From an uncultured Nitrososphaerota archaeon (GTDB lineage: Archaea; Asgardarchaeota; Njordarchaeia; Njordarchaeales; Panguiarchaeaceae): DNA of 34,140 nt. A program made the position numbers and the translations under genes. Numbering within the stretch: the stretch's first letter is position 1; every line of letters starts with the position of its first letter. The stretch lies in NCBI GenBank assembly GCA_964636085.1, contig CAZWPQ010000023.1, forward strand, positions 1 through 34,140, written 5' to 3'. Below, piece after piece: positions 9,626-18,271 of the stretch. The notes under the pieces are model-generated. The model saw nothing but the letters and a program-made list of their open reading frames with translations. It did not search any database and was not told the origin of the DNA.

Positions 9626-10130
9626 ACATCATTTTGATGCGTTCTTTTATTTCATCCTCGGACATGTGTTCGGGGACATACTTGCCGAGTTCCCTTATTT
9701 TTTTAAGCAGATCACTAAAGAGGTCTCTCAGTTTTCCCTTGAGATCCGTCACCGTTATTCTCTCGTCCTCGTGGAGTATCTCTGGAACCCTAAACGTGGC
9801 GTCAAGCTTGGCATATGTCTTGCCAATATCCTCTATGAGTTCTCTCATTCCATCGATTACCTTCTCCTTCACATCCCTCCACAACTTAGTGTCTATAGTA
9901 ACCACCTCAATAAAGTCTGTATTTGAATATATGGCACTAAACTTAAAGTCAACAAGCCTGACAATAGTCTCGATAACAGAGAGATCTATAGACTTGAACT
10001 CCTTCTTGGAAAGTATTAGAGTGGCATTCTCAGCCAACGCAGCTATCTCGCTCAACCTGTTCTGTATATCCGCAATAACCTTATCTCTCTGAGCAAAGAA
10101 CTCCTTTACCTTGTCCTCCAACATCATCAA
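9618..10130 (-). CDS. Hypothetical helical protein with C-terminal HbYX-like motif (MYG)
   Basis: 170-aa ORF with a charged amphipathic pattern, coupled to the downstream gene; ends KERIKMMYG*. Confidence 0.75.
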   Translation of the reverse strand: MMMLEDKVKEFFAQRDKVIADIQNRLSEIAALAENATLILSKKEFKSIDLSVIETIVRLVDFKFSAIYSNTDFIEVVTIDTKLWRDVKEKVIDGMRELIEDIGKTYAKLDATFRVPEILHEDERITVTDLKGKLRDLFSDLLKKIRELGKYVPEHMSEDEIKERIKMMYG

Positions 10131-10291
10131 AACCCCATGTTAATCATGATACACAATAAAAAATTTTTATATTATGAAGCAAATACGCACATAACTATGA
10201 GGAGGATTTGTCCTAGGTATATGTCGCTATTATCTCGATATTTCATTTCTTTATAAAATGTCCTCATCGAATTCTTCTTGAGGAGATATAT

Positions 10292-10579
10292 ATGGAGCGC
10301 TTCATGAAGATCATCTTCATGGGGCTTCCAGCCAAATATAGGGATCTTCACGATCTTGACCCTGATGAGTTTGTTGAATTGATGCGTAGTCTTATGTCAC
10401 GAAAATTCAGAATGATGAAAACTCCAAAGAGATTAAGGTTACAGGTTAACGGAAACCAACGTTTTGTGGGATATAAGACTATTATGAAAGCAAGCATGTT
10501 GCTCGATAGGATCTTGGACTATATCAGGAAGTATGGGTATAGACCCGACAAGATTTTGAGACTTCTTAGTGGTTGTTAG
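10292..10579 (+). CDS. Small basic hypothetical protein
   Basis: 95 aa, GAGGAG RBS upstream of the ATG, fills the gap between flanking genes. Confidence 0.65.
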   Translation: MERFMKIIFMGLPAKYRDLHDLDPDEFVELMRSLMSRKFRMMKTPKRLRLQVNGNQRFVGYKTIMKASMLLDRILDYIRKYGYRPDKILRLLSGC

Positions 10580-11181
10580 TGGTGTTGTTGATCGATTTTT
10601 TTAAAGATAGACAATACAGTATTTATGTCCCTCGTTTCTTTATAGCGAATTGAGGCATGCTTTATTTTCTCTGTCTCCATTATTGCCTCCAACTTCTTTT
10701 TTATTGAATCGTTGTGGCATAATTTTGCTAGTAGTCCTAGAAATTGTGTTATTGTTGATTTGGGGCTATATCTGGCTCTTTCTAGATCTATTATGTAAGG
10801 CTTCCTGTTTCTTATGACTACGTTTCTATAGAGTGAAGAGAACTCTTCTATATATATTCCCAAATCCTCAACTTTCTTAAGTATTGTTAGTATATTCAAT
10901 AGTGCCGCTCTGAGCTCATCTTCGTTGCACCTATCTATAAACTCATCAAAGAATTCTCCCTCTATATATTCCCTCACTAAAATCACTGAGTTTTCGGTGA
11001 CTATTAGCTCTATTGGTCGTGGCACATATATGCCGTTTGAGTATAATATTTTCAGTATATCGTATTCCCTTCTAGCGTTGGCCTCAAATGCTTTCGGGAA
11101 AATCTTGAAGTTGATATTTTCCCTCGGAAACATTATATTTATTGACCGCCTTCCAAATTCAATCTTCACTTGGTTTCCCAT
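10576..11181 (-). CDS. Atypical (RIO/Bud32-like) protein kinase-fold protein
   Basis: FKIF, ARREYDIL, VPRP, REYIEG, RNVV, YIIDLE; the catalytic loop is divergent. Confidence 0.75.
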   Translation of the reverse strand: MGNQVKIEFGRRSINIMFPRENINFKIFPKAFEANARREYDILKILYSNGIYVPRPIELIVTENSVILVREYIEGEFFDEFIDRCNEDELRAALLNILTILKKVEDLGIYIEEFSSLYRNVVIRNRKPYIIDLERARYSPKSTITQFLGLLAKLCHNDSIKKKLEAIMETEKIKHASIRYKETRDINTVLSIFKKIDQQHH

Positions 11182-12008
11182 AGCTCCTTACGGCGAGCCT
11201 CGAGCATGTTTATTGGAACACCCAAGTACTCAGCGGCCGTCAGAAATCTGTTAATTTTGCTTAGGGCCCCCCTATAATTTAAGTCGCGGAGAAGGTGGTG
11301 ATCTATTATAAATTTCTCCACATCAGTCTCCTTGAGCACCCTCATCATGTTATTTATGCTGACCTCCATTAGTTCCTTAGGCATTTTTCTTTCCCCGAGA
11401 TAGATAGGGGGCCCGTCTAAGTAGACAATTTTTGGGTTCATATTGAGTATAAAATGAACTTGACTCTCATCTAATAGACCTTCTACATCCGATGAAAACA
11501 GAAAATTCTGTGTATTGTGACCTATAAAGACTTCTAGGACATACCCCAATTTCGTATCAGGTTCCCCATGGGGAACAGGCTTTGAGAAACAAATTCTTGT
11601 ATCCCCCACGAAGAATTCTTTTCCATCGGCAATCACTATTTTGCTCGGCAGGCCCTTGATCTTATTTAGGAAGGCTCTCGCCCTCCAACGTTGACTATCA
11701 TTAATACTATTTTCTGGATCCTTAATTAACAGAATTTTTCCCTTGTATATCTCTACGTTTCTCTTTCTACTATGATGATCATAGTGATAGTGAGTTATAA
11801 TTATTATTTCTGCATCATCTGCAGCCTCGACTATATTTTTCCATGAATCCTCCAACGCCTCAAGCTCCAATCTATGTGGCCTCAATCCAAATCTCCTTGG
11901 GCCTAGTGCGGCGGCGGGATCTATAAGAATCGACGTATCTTTTGTTACCACTAGTGTAGCCATTGAGCGCACTCCCAACGAGTCGGCTGCTAATGGTTTT
12001 ATCTTCAT
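11166..12008 (-). CDS. UPF0282 metallo-beta-lactamase-fold hydrolase
   Basis: [48 protein letters not shown]. Confidence 0.9.
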   Translation of the reverse strand: MKIKPLAADSLGVRSMATLVVTKDTSILIDPAAALGPRRFGLRPHRLELEALEDSWKNIVEAADDAEIIIITHYHYDHHSRKRNVEIYKGKILLIKDPENSINDSQRWRARAFLNKIKGLPSKIVIADGKEFFVGDTRICFSKPVPHGEPDTKLGYVLEVFIGHNTQNFLFSSDVEGLLDESQVHFILNMNPKIVYLDGPPIYLGERKMPKELMEVSINNMMRVLKETDVEKFIIDHHLLRDLNYRGALSKINRFLTAAEYLGVPINMLEARRKELWETK

Positions 12009-12517
12009 CTTCTCTCCCCCATTTGCCGTATTATGTCTTCATATGTTAGGTATGTCCAGCAATATGAGCACCTAAGCTTTATTGGATTTCGTGATACTAC
12101 CTCGAATACGCTTTCTACTACCTCTCCTGAATTTGTTATGCACGTTGGATTCACACACTTTAGTAGGCCCACGATTTTATCGGGTAGCTCAACCTTATAT
12201 TTTTTGACAACCATGAAGTCCCTAACGATATTTATCGTAGCGGTCGGGGCTATCAATGCGATCAGATTTACCTCGCTTTCTGTAAGTTCCCTATTTTCTA
12301 TTTTTACAATATCCTTCCTACCCAATTTTTTTGAGTCTACATTCATAATGAGCGCTATTATATTGTCCTCCTCGCCAGTAATACCAAGAATCCTAAGAAC
12401 AATTAGACTTCTACCGTGTGGGATATGGTCTATGACTGTCCCATTTTTTATCTTACGAACCCTTAGCTCACTATTCAACTTTTTTCTCCCATATAAGGAC
12501 ATGACAAATAGACACAT
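12005..12517 (-). CDS. pyrI: Aspartate carbamoyltransferase regulatory subunit
   Basis: [29 protein letters not shown], Zn site CVNPTC...CSYC. The start is probably somewhat downstream of 12517. Confidence 0.96.
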   Translation of the reverse strand: MCLFVMSLYGRKKLNSELRVRKIKNGTVIDHIPHGRSLIVLRILGITGEEDNIIALIMNVDSKKLGRKDIVKIENRELTESEVNLIALIAPTATINIVRDFMVVKKYKVELPDKIVGLLKCVNPTCITNSGEVVESVFEVVSRNPIKLRCSYCWTYLTYEDIIRQMGERR

Positions 12518-12569
12518 AAAAAGTGTGTAACACGTGAAAAAAGAGTAATTTCTCTACTCTGAAGCATCC

Positions 12570-13169
12570 TTATGTCTTGGATTCTTCGGTTGCTATTTTA
12601 AGTATTGTTTCCTTTTTCGATCCCCCCTTCGTTTCTTTCGTAACCTTGCCCTCCTCACGCATTTCTATTTCCTCTTCTAATAACTTCGAGATAGCTGGCG
12701 GAACCTCTGTTAATATATATACCTCCTCTCTGACGCCCTCTTTTTCCTCTACTTCAGGTTTCATTTTTTCCACGGGAAACTCAAATTGAGGGAAATCTGA
12801 GAATCTAGTTCTTATGATAGCCACGTTTTCCCCAGCCGCCGTAGTATATACGCGTTCTACATAGCCTACATACTTTCCACTAGTAGTCACTACACGCTTC
12901 CCCTCAGCTTTTTTACGCTCCATAACCATCTGGAGTTTTATGGGAATATTCTTAAGGATATAAACTTCTTCTTGGGATCCACCAACTTGTCTAATCTCAG
13001 GCTTGAGCTGTGTTATTAGAACCTCAAATCTAGGGAATTCTGAGTATCTTGTCTTGATCACCGCGGTGTGTGTCCCAAACTCCGATACATACACCCTCTC
13101 AATCTCACCAATACAAAGACCATCCCTAGTTAGAACTTTTTTGCCTTCGGGAAAGCGTATTATCGACAA
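12570..13169 (-). CDS. Protein with two tandem PRC-barrel-like domains and a charged tail
   Basis: Repeats GKKVLTRDGLCIGEIERV and GKRVVTTSGKYVGYVERV fit the PRC-barrel GxxVxxxxGxxxGxV signature. Confidence 0.72.
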   Translation of the reverse strand: MSIIRFPEGKKVLTRDGLCIGEIERVYVSEFGTHTAVIKTRYSEFPRFEVLITQLKPEIRQVGGSQEEVYILKNIPIKLQMVMERKKAEGKRVVTTSGKYVGYVERVYTTAAGENVAIIRTRFSDFPQFEFPVEKMKPEVEEKEGVREEVYILTEVPPAISKLLEEEIEMREEGKVTKETKGGSKKETILKIATEESKT

Positions 13170-13295
13170 AATCTCACACCGGAAAAGCTACTAATCAATA
13201 TAATAAAAGATATAGATTATTTAACTTAAACTAATACTACATAGTATACTATCATTGGACTTACTAAACAATTGATTTAAACTAGCGGGTCAACA

Positions 13296-14438
13296 TTGAG
13301 AAAGTATGGTGTAGTAGAACTCAAATTACATGGTGGCAAGGCACCACCATGGCTTGTTTCAAGAATGCGAAAACTGGCAAAACCTATACTCCAGATAATA
13401 ATTTCTGAATATGGAACATTAGAACTATTGAAAAGACTTGCAGACCCACTATGGTTTCAGGCACTCAGTTATGTTTTGGGTTATGATTGGGACTCATCTG
13501 GGGTAACCACGGTCACCGCGGGGGTACTCAGAGAAGTCCTGTCTCCAGACATGGGTATACTTATGGCGGGGGGAAAAGGCAAGAGAAGTCTTAAAGCTCC
13601 AGAAGACATTGTTAAAATTGGCAATAAGTTTGATTTTTCTGAGAAAAAAGTTGCAGAACTTGTTAGGGCTAGTAGACTTGTCGCTAAGGTAGATAATGCC
13701 GTTCTTCAGGATGATCATCAAATATATCACCATGCCTTCTTTATTGATAAGTGGGGAAATTGGGTAGCTATACAGCAAGGAATGTGTGTAAAATTAAAGA
13801 CGGCTAGAAGATATCATTGGATCTCTAAGGGGCTTGAAAGTTTTGTTGTAGATCCCCACGAAATTATGGGAGAAATACGGATGCCTTTTGTCATCAATAT
13901 GGCCACGAAGGAATCCCTAGAAGCGCAAAAAATATCTGTTGACTTGGTTAAGGAAGGATCTCTTTCTTTCAAAAAAGATTATAATAACTTGCTAAGAATT
14001 GTTAGGAGGAATTTATCGCTTGACTATTTTATTTCGAATACTCTCACACCTAAAAATATTAATATCAAGCCTATCCACATCAAAATCCTTCCATCCAAAA
14101 TAAACTGGGATGCTCTAAACACAGCTTACGAACTTCAACCAAAGAATTATGAAGAACTTATAGAGATAAGGGGTTTAGGACCTAGCACTATTCGCGCCCT
14201 TGCACTAGTAGCCGAACTAATTTATAATGCAGAACTATCCTGGCGCGACCCCATCAGATATACATATGCACATGGCGGGAAAGATGGTGTGCCTTATCCA
14301 GTCAACGTTAAACGCATGGAGAAAGTAGCGGAATTCCTCATGGATATTGTTGAGGACCTTCGCCTAGGGAGGAAAGAGAAAACAGAGATCCTTAAAAGGC
14401 TATCTAGACTTGTCCCCCGCATCTCCAGTACTGAATAA
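13296..14438 (+). CDS. DUF763 family protein
   Basis: LHGGKAPPWL, DWDSSGVTT, AKVDNAVLQD, QQGM, ARRYHW, AHGGKDGVPYPV. Confidence 0.92.
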   Translation: MRKYGVVELKLHGGKAPPWLVSRMRKLAKPILQIIISEYGTLELLKRLADPLWFQALSYVLGYDWDSSGVTTVTAGVLREVLSPDMGILMAGGKGKRSLKAPEDIVKIGNKFDFSEKKVAELVRASRLVAKVDNAVLQDDHQIYHHAFFIDKWGNWVAIQQGMCVKLKTARRYHWISKGLESFVVDPHEIMGEIRMPFVINMATKESLEAQKISVDLVKEGSLSFKKDYNNLLRIVRRNLSLDYFISNTLTPKNINIKPIHIKILPSKINWDALNTAYELQPKNYEELIEIRGLGPSTIRALALVAELIYNAELSWRDPIRYTYAHGGKDGVPYPVNVKRMEKVAEFLMDIVEDLRLGRKEKTEILKRLSRLVPRISSTE

Positions 14439-14439
14439 T

Positions 14440-15180
14440 CTATTTTTGCAGGGCTCCTATAATATTGTCCACAATCCCTTCTATGGCCTTGGCCGCCCTT
14501 GTCTGGGTTATTAGGTCAGCTTTGCCATAGGACGATTCTAACTGTTGATCCACTGGTATATTTCCTAGATGTTTAATATCATATTCCCTCGCTAGTCTCT
14601 CCACATGGTTTAAACCCTCAATCTTCATGTTTTCAATGATGCCAATGATGTCATATCCATGATCGATGAGAAACCTTAGGAGCCTCGAGACTGTTGAGAT
14701 AGATAATATGGAACTCGTTGTAATTATCAAATGCCTTGCTTGGGGGAAATATCTAACAACATCCAGGAAAACGTCGCCCATTCCAGGTGGCATATCTATC
14801 ACGAGAACGTGTAGATCCCCCCAATTTATGATAGCTAAAAATTCTATCAATGCATTAGATAGAGCCTTCCCTCTCATGGCTATATATTTATCCCCCACAA
14901 AGGGATATACTGAAGCAAATAGTATGTTGTCGTGGCGGTAGGGCCTTATCCCATCCTCCTCCTCATATTGAAACCTTGGAATGCCCAATATTAGATGACA
15001 TGTCGGGCCATGGAAATCAAGATCTAACAGGCCTACCCCATCAAATCTCTTGCTCAATATCAGGCTTAGAATCGAGGCTATTGTTGATTTTCCGACGCCT
15101 CCCTTGCCAGAATCAACACATATTATGTTCCTTATACTACTCAGTTTTCTCTTTATTCCATATTCCCTATAATCCCTCAT
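14440..15180 (-). CDS. Mrp/MinD-family ATPase, probably ATPase-type HypB
   Basis: SGKGGVGKS, DLDFHGP, DMPPG, ENMK without the Nbp35/ApbC CxxC; overlaps hypA by 4 nt. Confidence 0.88.
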   Translation of the reverse strand: MRDYREYGIKRKLSSIRNIICVDSGKGGVGKSTIASILSLILSKRFDGVGLLDLDFHGPTCHLILGIPRFQYEEEDGIRPYRHDNILFASVYPFVGDKYIAMRGKALSNALIEFLAIINWGDLHVLVIDMPPGMGDVFLDVVRYFPQARHLIITTSSILSISTVSRLLRFLIDHGYDIIGIIENMKIEGLNHVERLAREYDIKHLGNIPVDQQLESSYGKADLITQTRAAKAIEGIVDNIIGALQK

Positions 15181-15584
15181 TTCTCAACCCTTATTGACTT
15201 TATATAGACTCCCCTTCCCGCCACAATTTCGTAATCACTCCCACCACAATTTGGGCATCTTACAAAAGCATGCACAAGCTCTGGGATAAAATGTATGGAC
15301 TCTATCTCATTTTCATTAAGGATATCATCGAGTTTATCCAGACCCCATTCATGCCCACATAGGTTACACCTAAATCTCATTTTCTCACTCTCAAAATTTA
15401 TGGCTGCATCTCTAGCTATCGTATCCTTCTTTATATTCTCCAGAGCAACTCTTAGTATTTCCTTATCTATTGTTTGAAGCTCACCCAAAACTATGTTTAT
15501 CTCTACAATCCTCCTAGCATCCTCCCTTGTCGCAACATCTACTGCGGCATCAATTATTGCCTGCGCAAGGGCCCATTCATGCAT
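15177..15584 (-). CDS. hypA: Hydrogenase nickel metallochaperone HypA
   Basis: MHEWALA N-terminus (ATG at 15584), LGELQ, CNLC and CPNC Zn site, GRGVYI. Confidence 0.96.
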   Translation of the reverse strand: MHEWALAQAIIDAAVDVATREDARRIVEINIVLGELQTIDKEILRVALENIKKDTIARDAAINFESEKMRFRCNLCGHEWGLDKLDDILNENEIESIHFIPELVHAFVRCPNCGGSDYEIVAGRGVYIKSIRVEK

Positions 15585-15912
15585 TTTGTTTCCCCACATG
15601 GAAAGATTAAAACTAAAATATAGCAACAGCGATAAATGATGATTTATTCATTCTTTTTTGTCCACATATATATAAAGCACACATCAATTATTTTAAATAC
15701 ATAGGAAACCGTAAAGGGGGGCGAATTAAATACCATGGTCTAGATGAGTTAGAAGTTTACGAGGTTCAAATGATATATTATCAACTATCAACGAATTTAG
15801 ATATGTTGCAACATCTGTAAATGGCGAGATAGACGAGGGCTACAAAAAACCACCTGAATCCCATCGAAATTTCGGTTTTTCTCATTTCTTAGAATATAAT
15901 ACCCGCGAACTG

Positions 15913-16521
15913 TTAAGTTAACAGGTACTTGTAATATCTTTTCTCACTTCCTATCGTGGTCTCCTCCCCATGTCCAGGAAGAACTCTAAAGTTGTCCGAA
16001 AACATTGTAAATATTTTCCTGAGCGAGTCAAATATTTTTTGGGGGTCACCACCAGGGAGGTCTGTACGTCCATATGCCCCCCTAAATAATGTGTCTCCTG
16101 TTAATAGTATCTGGTCTTCATAAATATACATGCATATGCTTCCCGGCGTATGCCCGGGGGTATGAATAATCTCTATTCTCTTCGATCCTAAATATATTGT
16201 GTCCCCTTCTTCTAGAAAACTGTCTGGCTTTGGTGTCTCATTGAGCATGTAGCTACCGAATAATTCTAATGTCTCTAAATCTGACTTATGAAGCATGAAT
16301 GGTGCGCCAAGTTTCCTTTTGAGGTATGGTACCCCCAAGACATGGTCAAAGTGGCCATGTGTAGCTACTATCGCCCTTATCTTCAGGTTTTTTATCGCAT
16401 CTAGTATCTTGTCGTGGTTCCCGCCGGGGTCTACTATTATTGCCTCGTCTTCATGGATTAGAATATAACAATTTGTGCGTAGTGGACCAACAACTAGTTT
16501 CTTTACTGTAATCATAGACAA
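15913..16521 (-). CDS. MBL-fold metallohydrolase (glyoxalase II-like)
   Basis: TNCY, DPG, THGHFDH, HTPGHTPGS, TGDTLF, PGHG. Confidence 0.93.
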   Translation of the reverse strand: MSMITVKKLVVGPLRTNCYILIHEDEAIIVDPGGNHDKILDAIKNLKIRAIVATHGHFDHVLGVPYLKRKLGAPFMLHKSDLETLELFGSYMLNETPKPDSFLEEGDTIYLGSKRIEIIHTPGHTPGSICMYIYEDQILLTGDTLFRGAYGRTDLPGGDPQKIFDSLRKIFTMFSDNFRVLPGHGEETTIGSEKRYYKYLLT

Positions 16522-16525
16522 TTCC

Positions 16526-17362
16526 CTATGATGTCTTCTTAATTAGTTTCTGGACCTCAGGATATGAGCTTGTTCTTTTATGCATACTCATCTGCATTAG
16601 TTCTATTATCCTATCCACCTCACTAGGCGATACACCACCAATCTTTTTTAGATCATCCGGCAGGATATTAAGCTCAACTAAGGCGTATAAAATTGAATCA
16701 ATCCTATCGTAGCTCATACCTATCTCCTCCTCTGCCTTATGACCACGCCAAAGGCCAGGGCTTGATGGCTTAGCAATTATCTTATCAGGGACGCCTAGTT
16801 CTTTAGCTATTATCCTAACCTGTGTTTTATAGAGATCAACTATTGGGAAAATATCGGCGGCAGCATCGCCCCACTTTGTGAAATATCCAATCAGTTTTTC
16901 GCTCTTATCACTTGTGCCCAATACAATCCCATTCATACTATTAGAGAACGCATATAGTGTTATCATTCTGGTTCTCGCGATAATATTTCCATATGGTTTC
17001 GTACCAACATCTACATAGGGTACTAGCTTTTGCTTTATTAGACCACATACATCGGCTAGTTCTATAGTGATGCACTCTACACCAAATTTATCCGCAACCA
17101 TATATGCGTCCTCGATGTCGGCTTTTTCAGTTATACCATAGTGTGGCATAACCAGCGCCAAGACATTATCTGGACCAACCGCGTCTACAGCAAGCTTTAG
17201 TGTCGTTGAGGAGTCGATGCCCCCAGAGAGCCCTATGATAAGTTTCTTTGTTTTTGTTTCCTCGAAATATTTCTTGATGAATTGCTCTATCTCCATTATC
17301 ACCAATTTCGTGTCGAAGTTTAACATTTGCTTTTTTATATCCTCTATTCTTCCTAGAATCAT
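16526..17362 (-). CDS. nadE: NH3-dependent NAD+ synthetase
   Basis: GLSGGIDSS, GNIIARTRM, GYFTKWGD, LYKTQV, KPSSPGLW; no glutaminase domain. Confidence 0.96.
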   Translation of the reverse strand: MILGRIEDIKKQMLNFDTKLVIMEIEQFIKKYFEETKTKKLIIGLSGGIDSSTTLKLAVDAVGPDNVLALVMPHYGITEKADIEDAYMVADKFGVECITIELADVCGLIKQKLVPYVDVGTKPYGNIIARTRMITLYAFSNSMNGIVLGTSDKSEKLIGYFTKWGDAAADIFPIVDLYKTQVRIIAKELGVPDKIIAKPSSPGLWRGHKAEEEIGMSYDRIDSILYALVELNILPDDLKKIGGVSPSEVDRIIELMQMSMHKRTSSYPEVQKLIKKTS

Positions 17363-17814
17363 TCTACAGACTCCCCAATTAGTTTCTCTATGGCGCGTTT
17401 GACACTCGTATATACCTCGTCCAACACATCAATATTTTCCATCATTGTCTTTATCTCCGTTATTGTCATCGACGCGCTCTTATGCATAATTATGTTTCTG
17501 AGGTCTACGAGTATTTTTAGTTTTTCCATGAACTTCTTTGGTATTATTTTTGCCATAACAAGCATCTGTACGGATTCCATATAGTCCTTGGGCACGCCAA
17601 GTTTCTTCTTTACAACAATATAATTTGAAAGTGTAAGTATGGACTGCACCACTACCAGAAAGCCGTAGTTCATAGCCATTAACTTTTTGGGGTCGGAGAG
17701 TATCATCTCCGGCGATAGATGCTTCGTCTTCTTTATATAGTTTATCATCTCGTCGCTTCTTTCAAATATCTTGCCTAATACCTCATGGGTCAATATGAAT
17801 GACATTTTGGTCAA
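17359..17814 (-). CDS. DUF86/HepT-like HEPN ribonuclease-domain protein
   Basis: LGVPKDY and LRNIIMH (R-X4-H). Confidence 0.8.
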   Translation of the reverse strand: MTKMSFILTHEVLGKIFERSDEMINYIKKTKHLSPEMILSDPKKLMAMNYGFLVVVQSILTLSNYIVVKKKLGVPKDYMESVQMLVMAKIIPKKFMEKLKILVDLRNIIMHKSASMTITEIKTMMENIDVLDEVYTSVKRAIEKLIGESVE

Positions 17815-18209
17815 CCCAATTTCTTTCTAATTTTCTCCAAGAATTTTTCTCTATTAACAATATATCTCTCATGCTTTCCCTGCCCTATTAATTCATCCTT
17901 CCAGAACGCCATTACTTCAAAGAGTAATTTTCTGCCCTCTTGCTCTATCAATCTTGCCTTTACCCTTATCTTCGCACCTTTCGGCGCGGGTTTAAGATGC
18001 CTCACATCTACATGCGTGCCTACAGTAGTCAGCCCCTTTGGGAGTATTTCTTCTACAGACAACCTAGCAGTATTTTCCATAAACAATATCATGGAGGGCG
18101 TGGATAATACCTCCACATCCCCAGAACCCAAAAATTTTGCTGTATGTTTATCAGTCACAATATATTCTCTTTCAAATTCTAGGCCCTCCGATATCCTAGG
18201 AACATCCAT
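17811..18209 (-). CDS. Hot-dog-fold thioesterase (FlK family)
   Basis: GSGDVEVLSTPSMILFME, TTVGTHVDVRHLKPAP, GKHER. Confidence 0.92.
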   Translation of the reverse strand: MDVPRISEGLEFEREYIVTDKHTAKFLGSGDVEVLSTPSMILFMENTARLSVEEILPKGLTTVGTHVDVRHLKPAPKGAKIRVKARLIEQEGRKLLFEVMAFWKDELIGQGKHERYIVNREKFLEKIRKKLG

Positions 18210-18271
18210 ACGAAACCCCTCTCTATAATGTGTTTAAGATAAACATAGATAAAAGTAACATATAGAGATTA

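Noticed and set aside
12005-12517. pyrI without an adjacent pyrB; argF considered as its partner
   Set aside because: Split pyrB/pyrI occurs in archaea, and the 30048..30989 protein has OTCase motifs (SMG, HCLP), not ATCase motifs.
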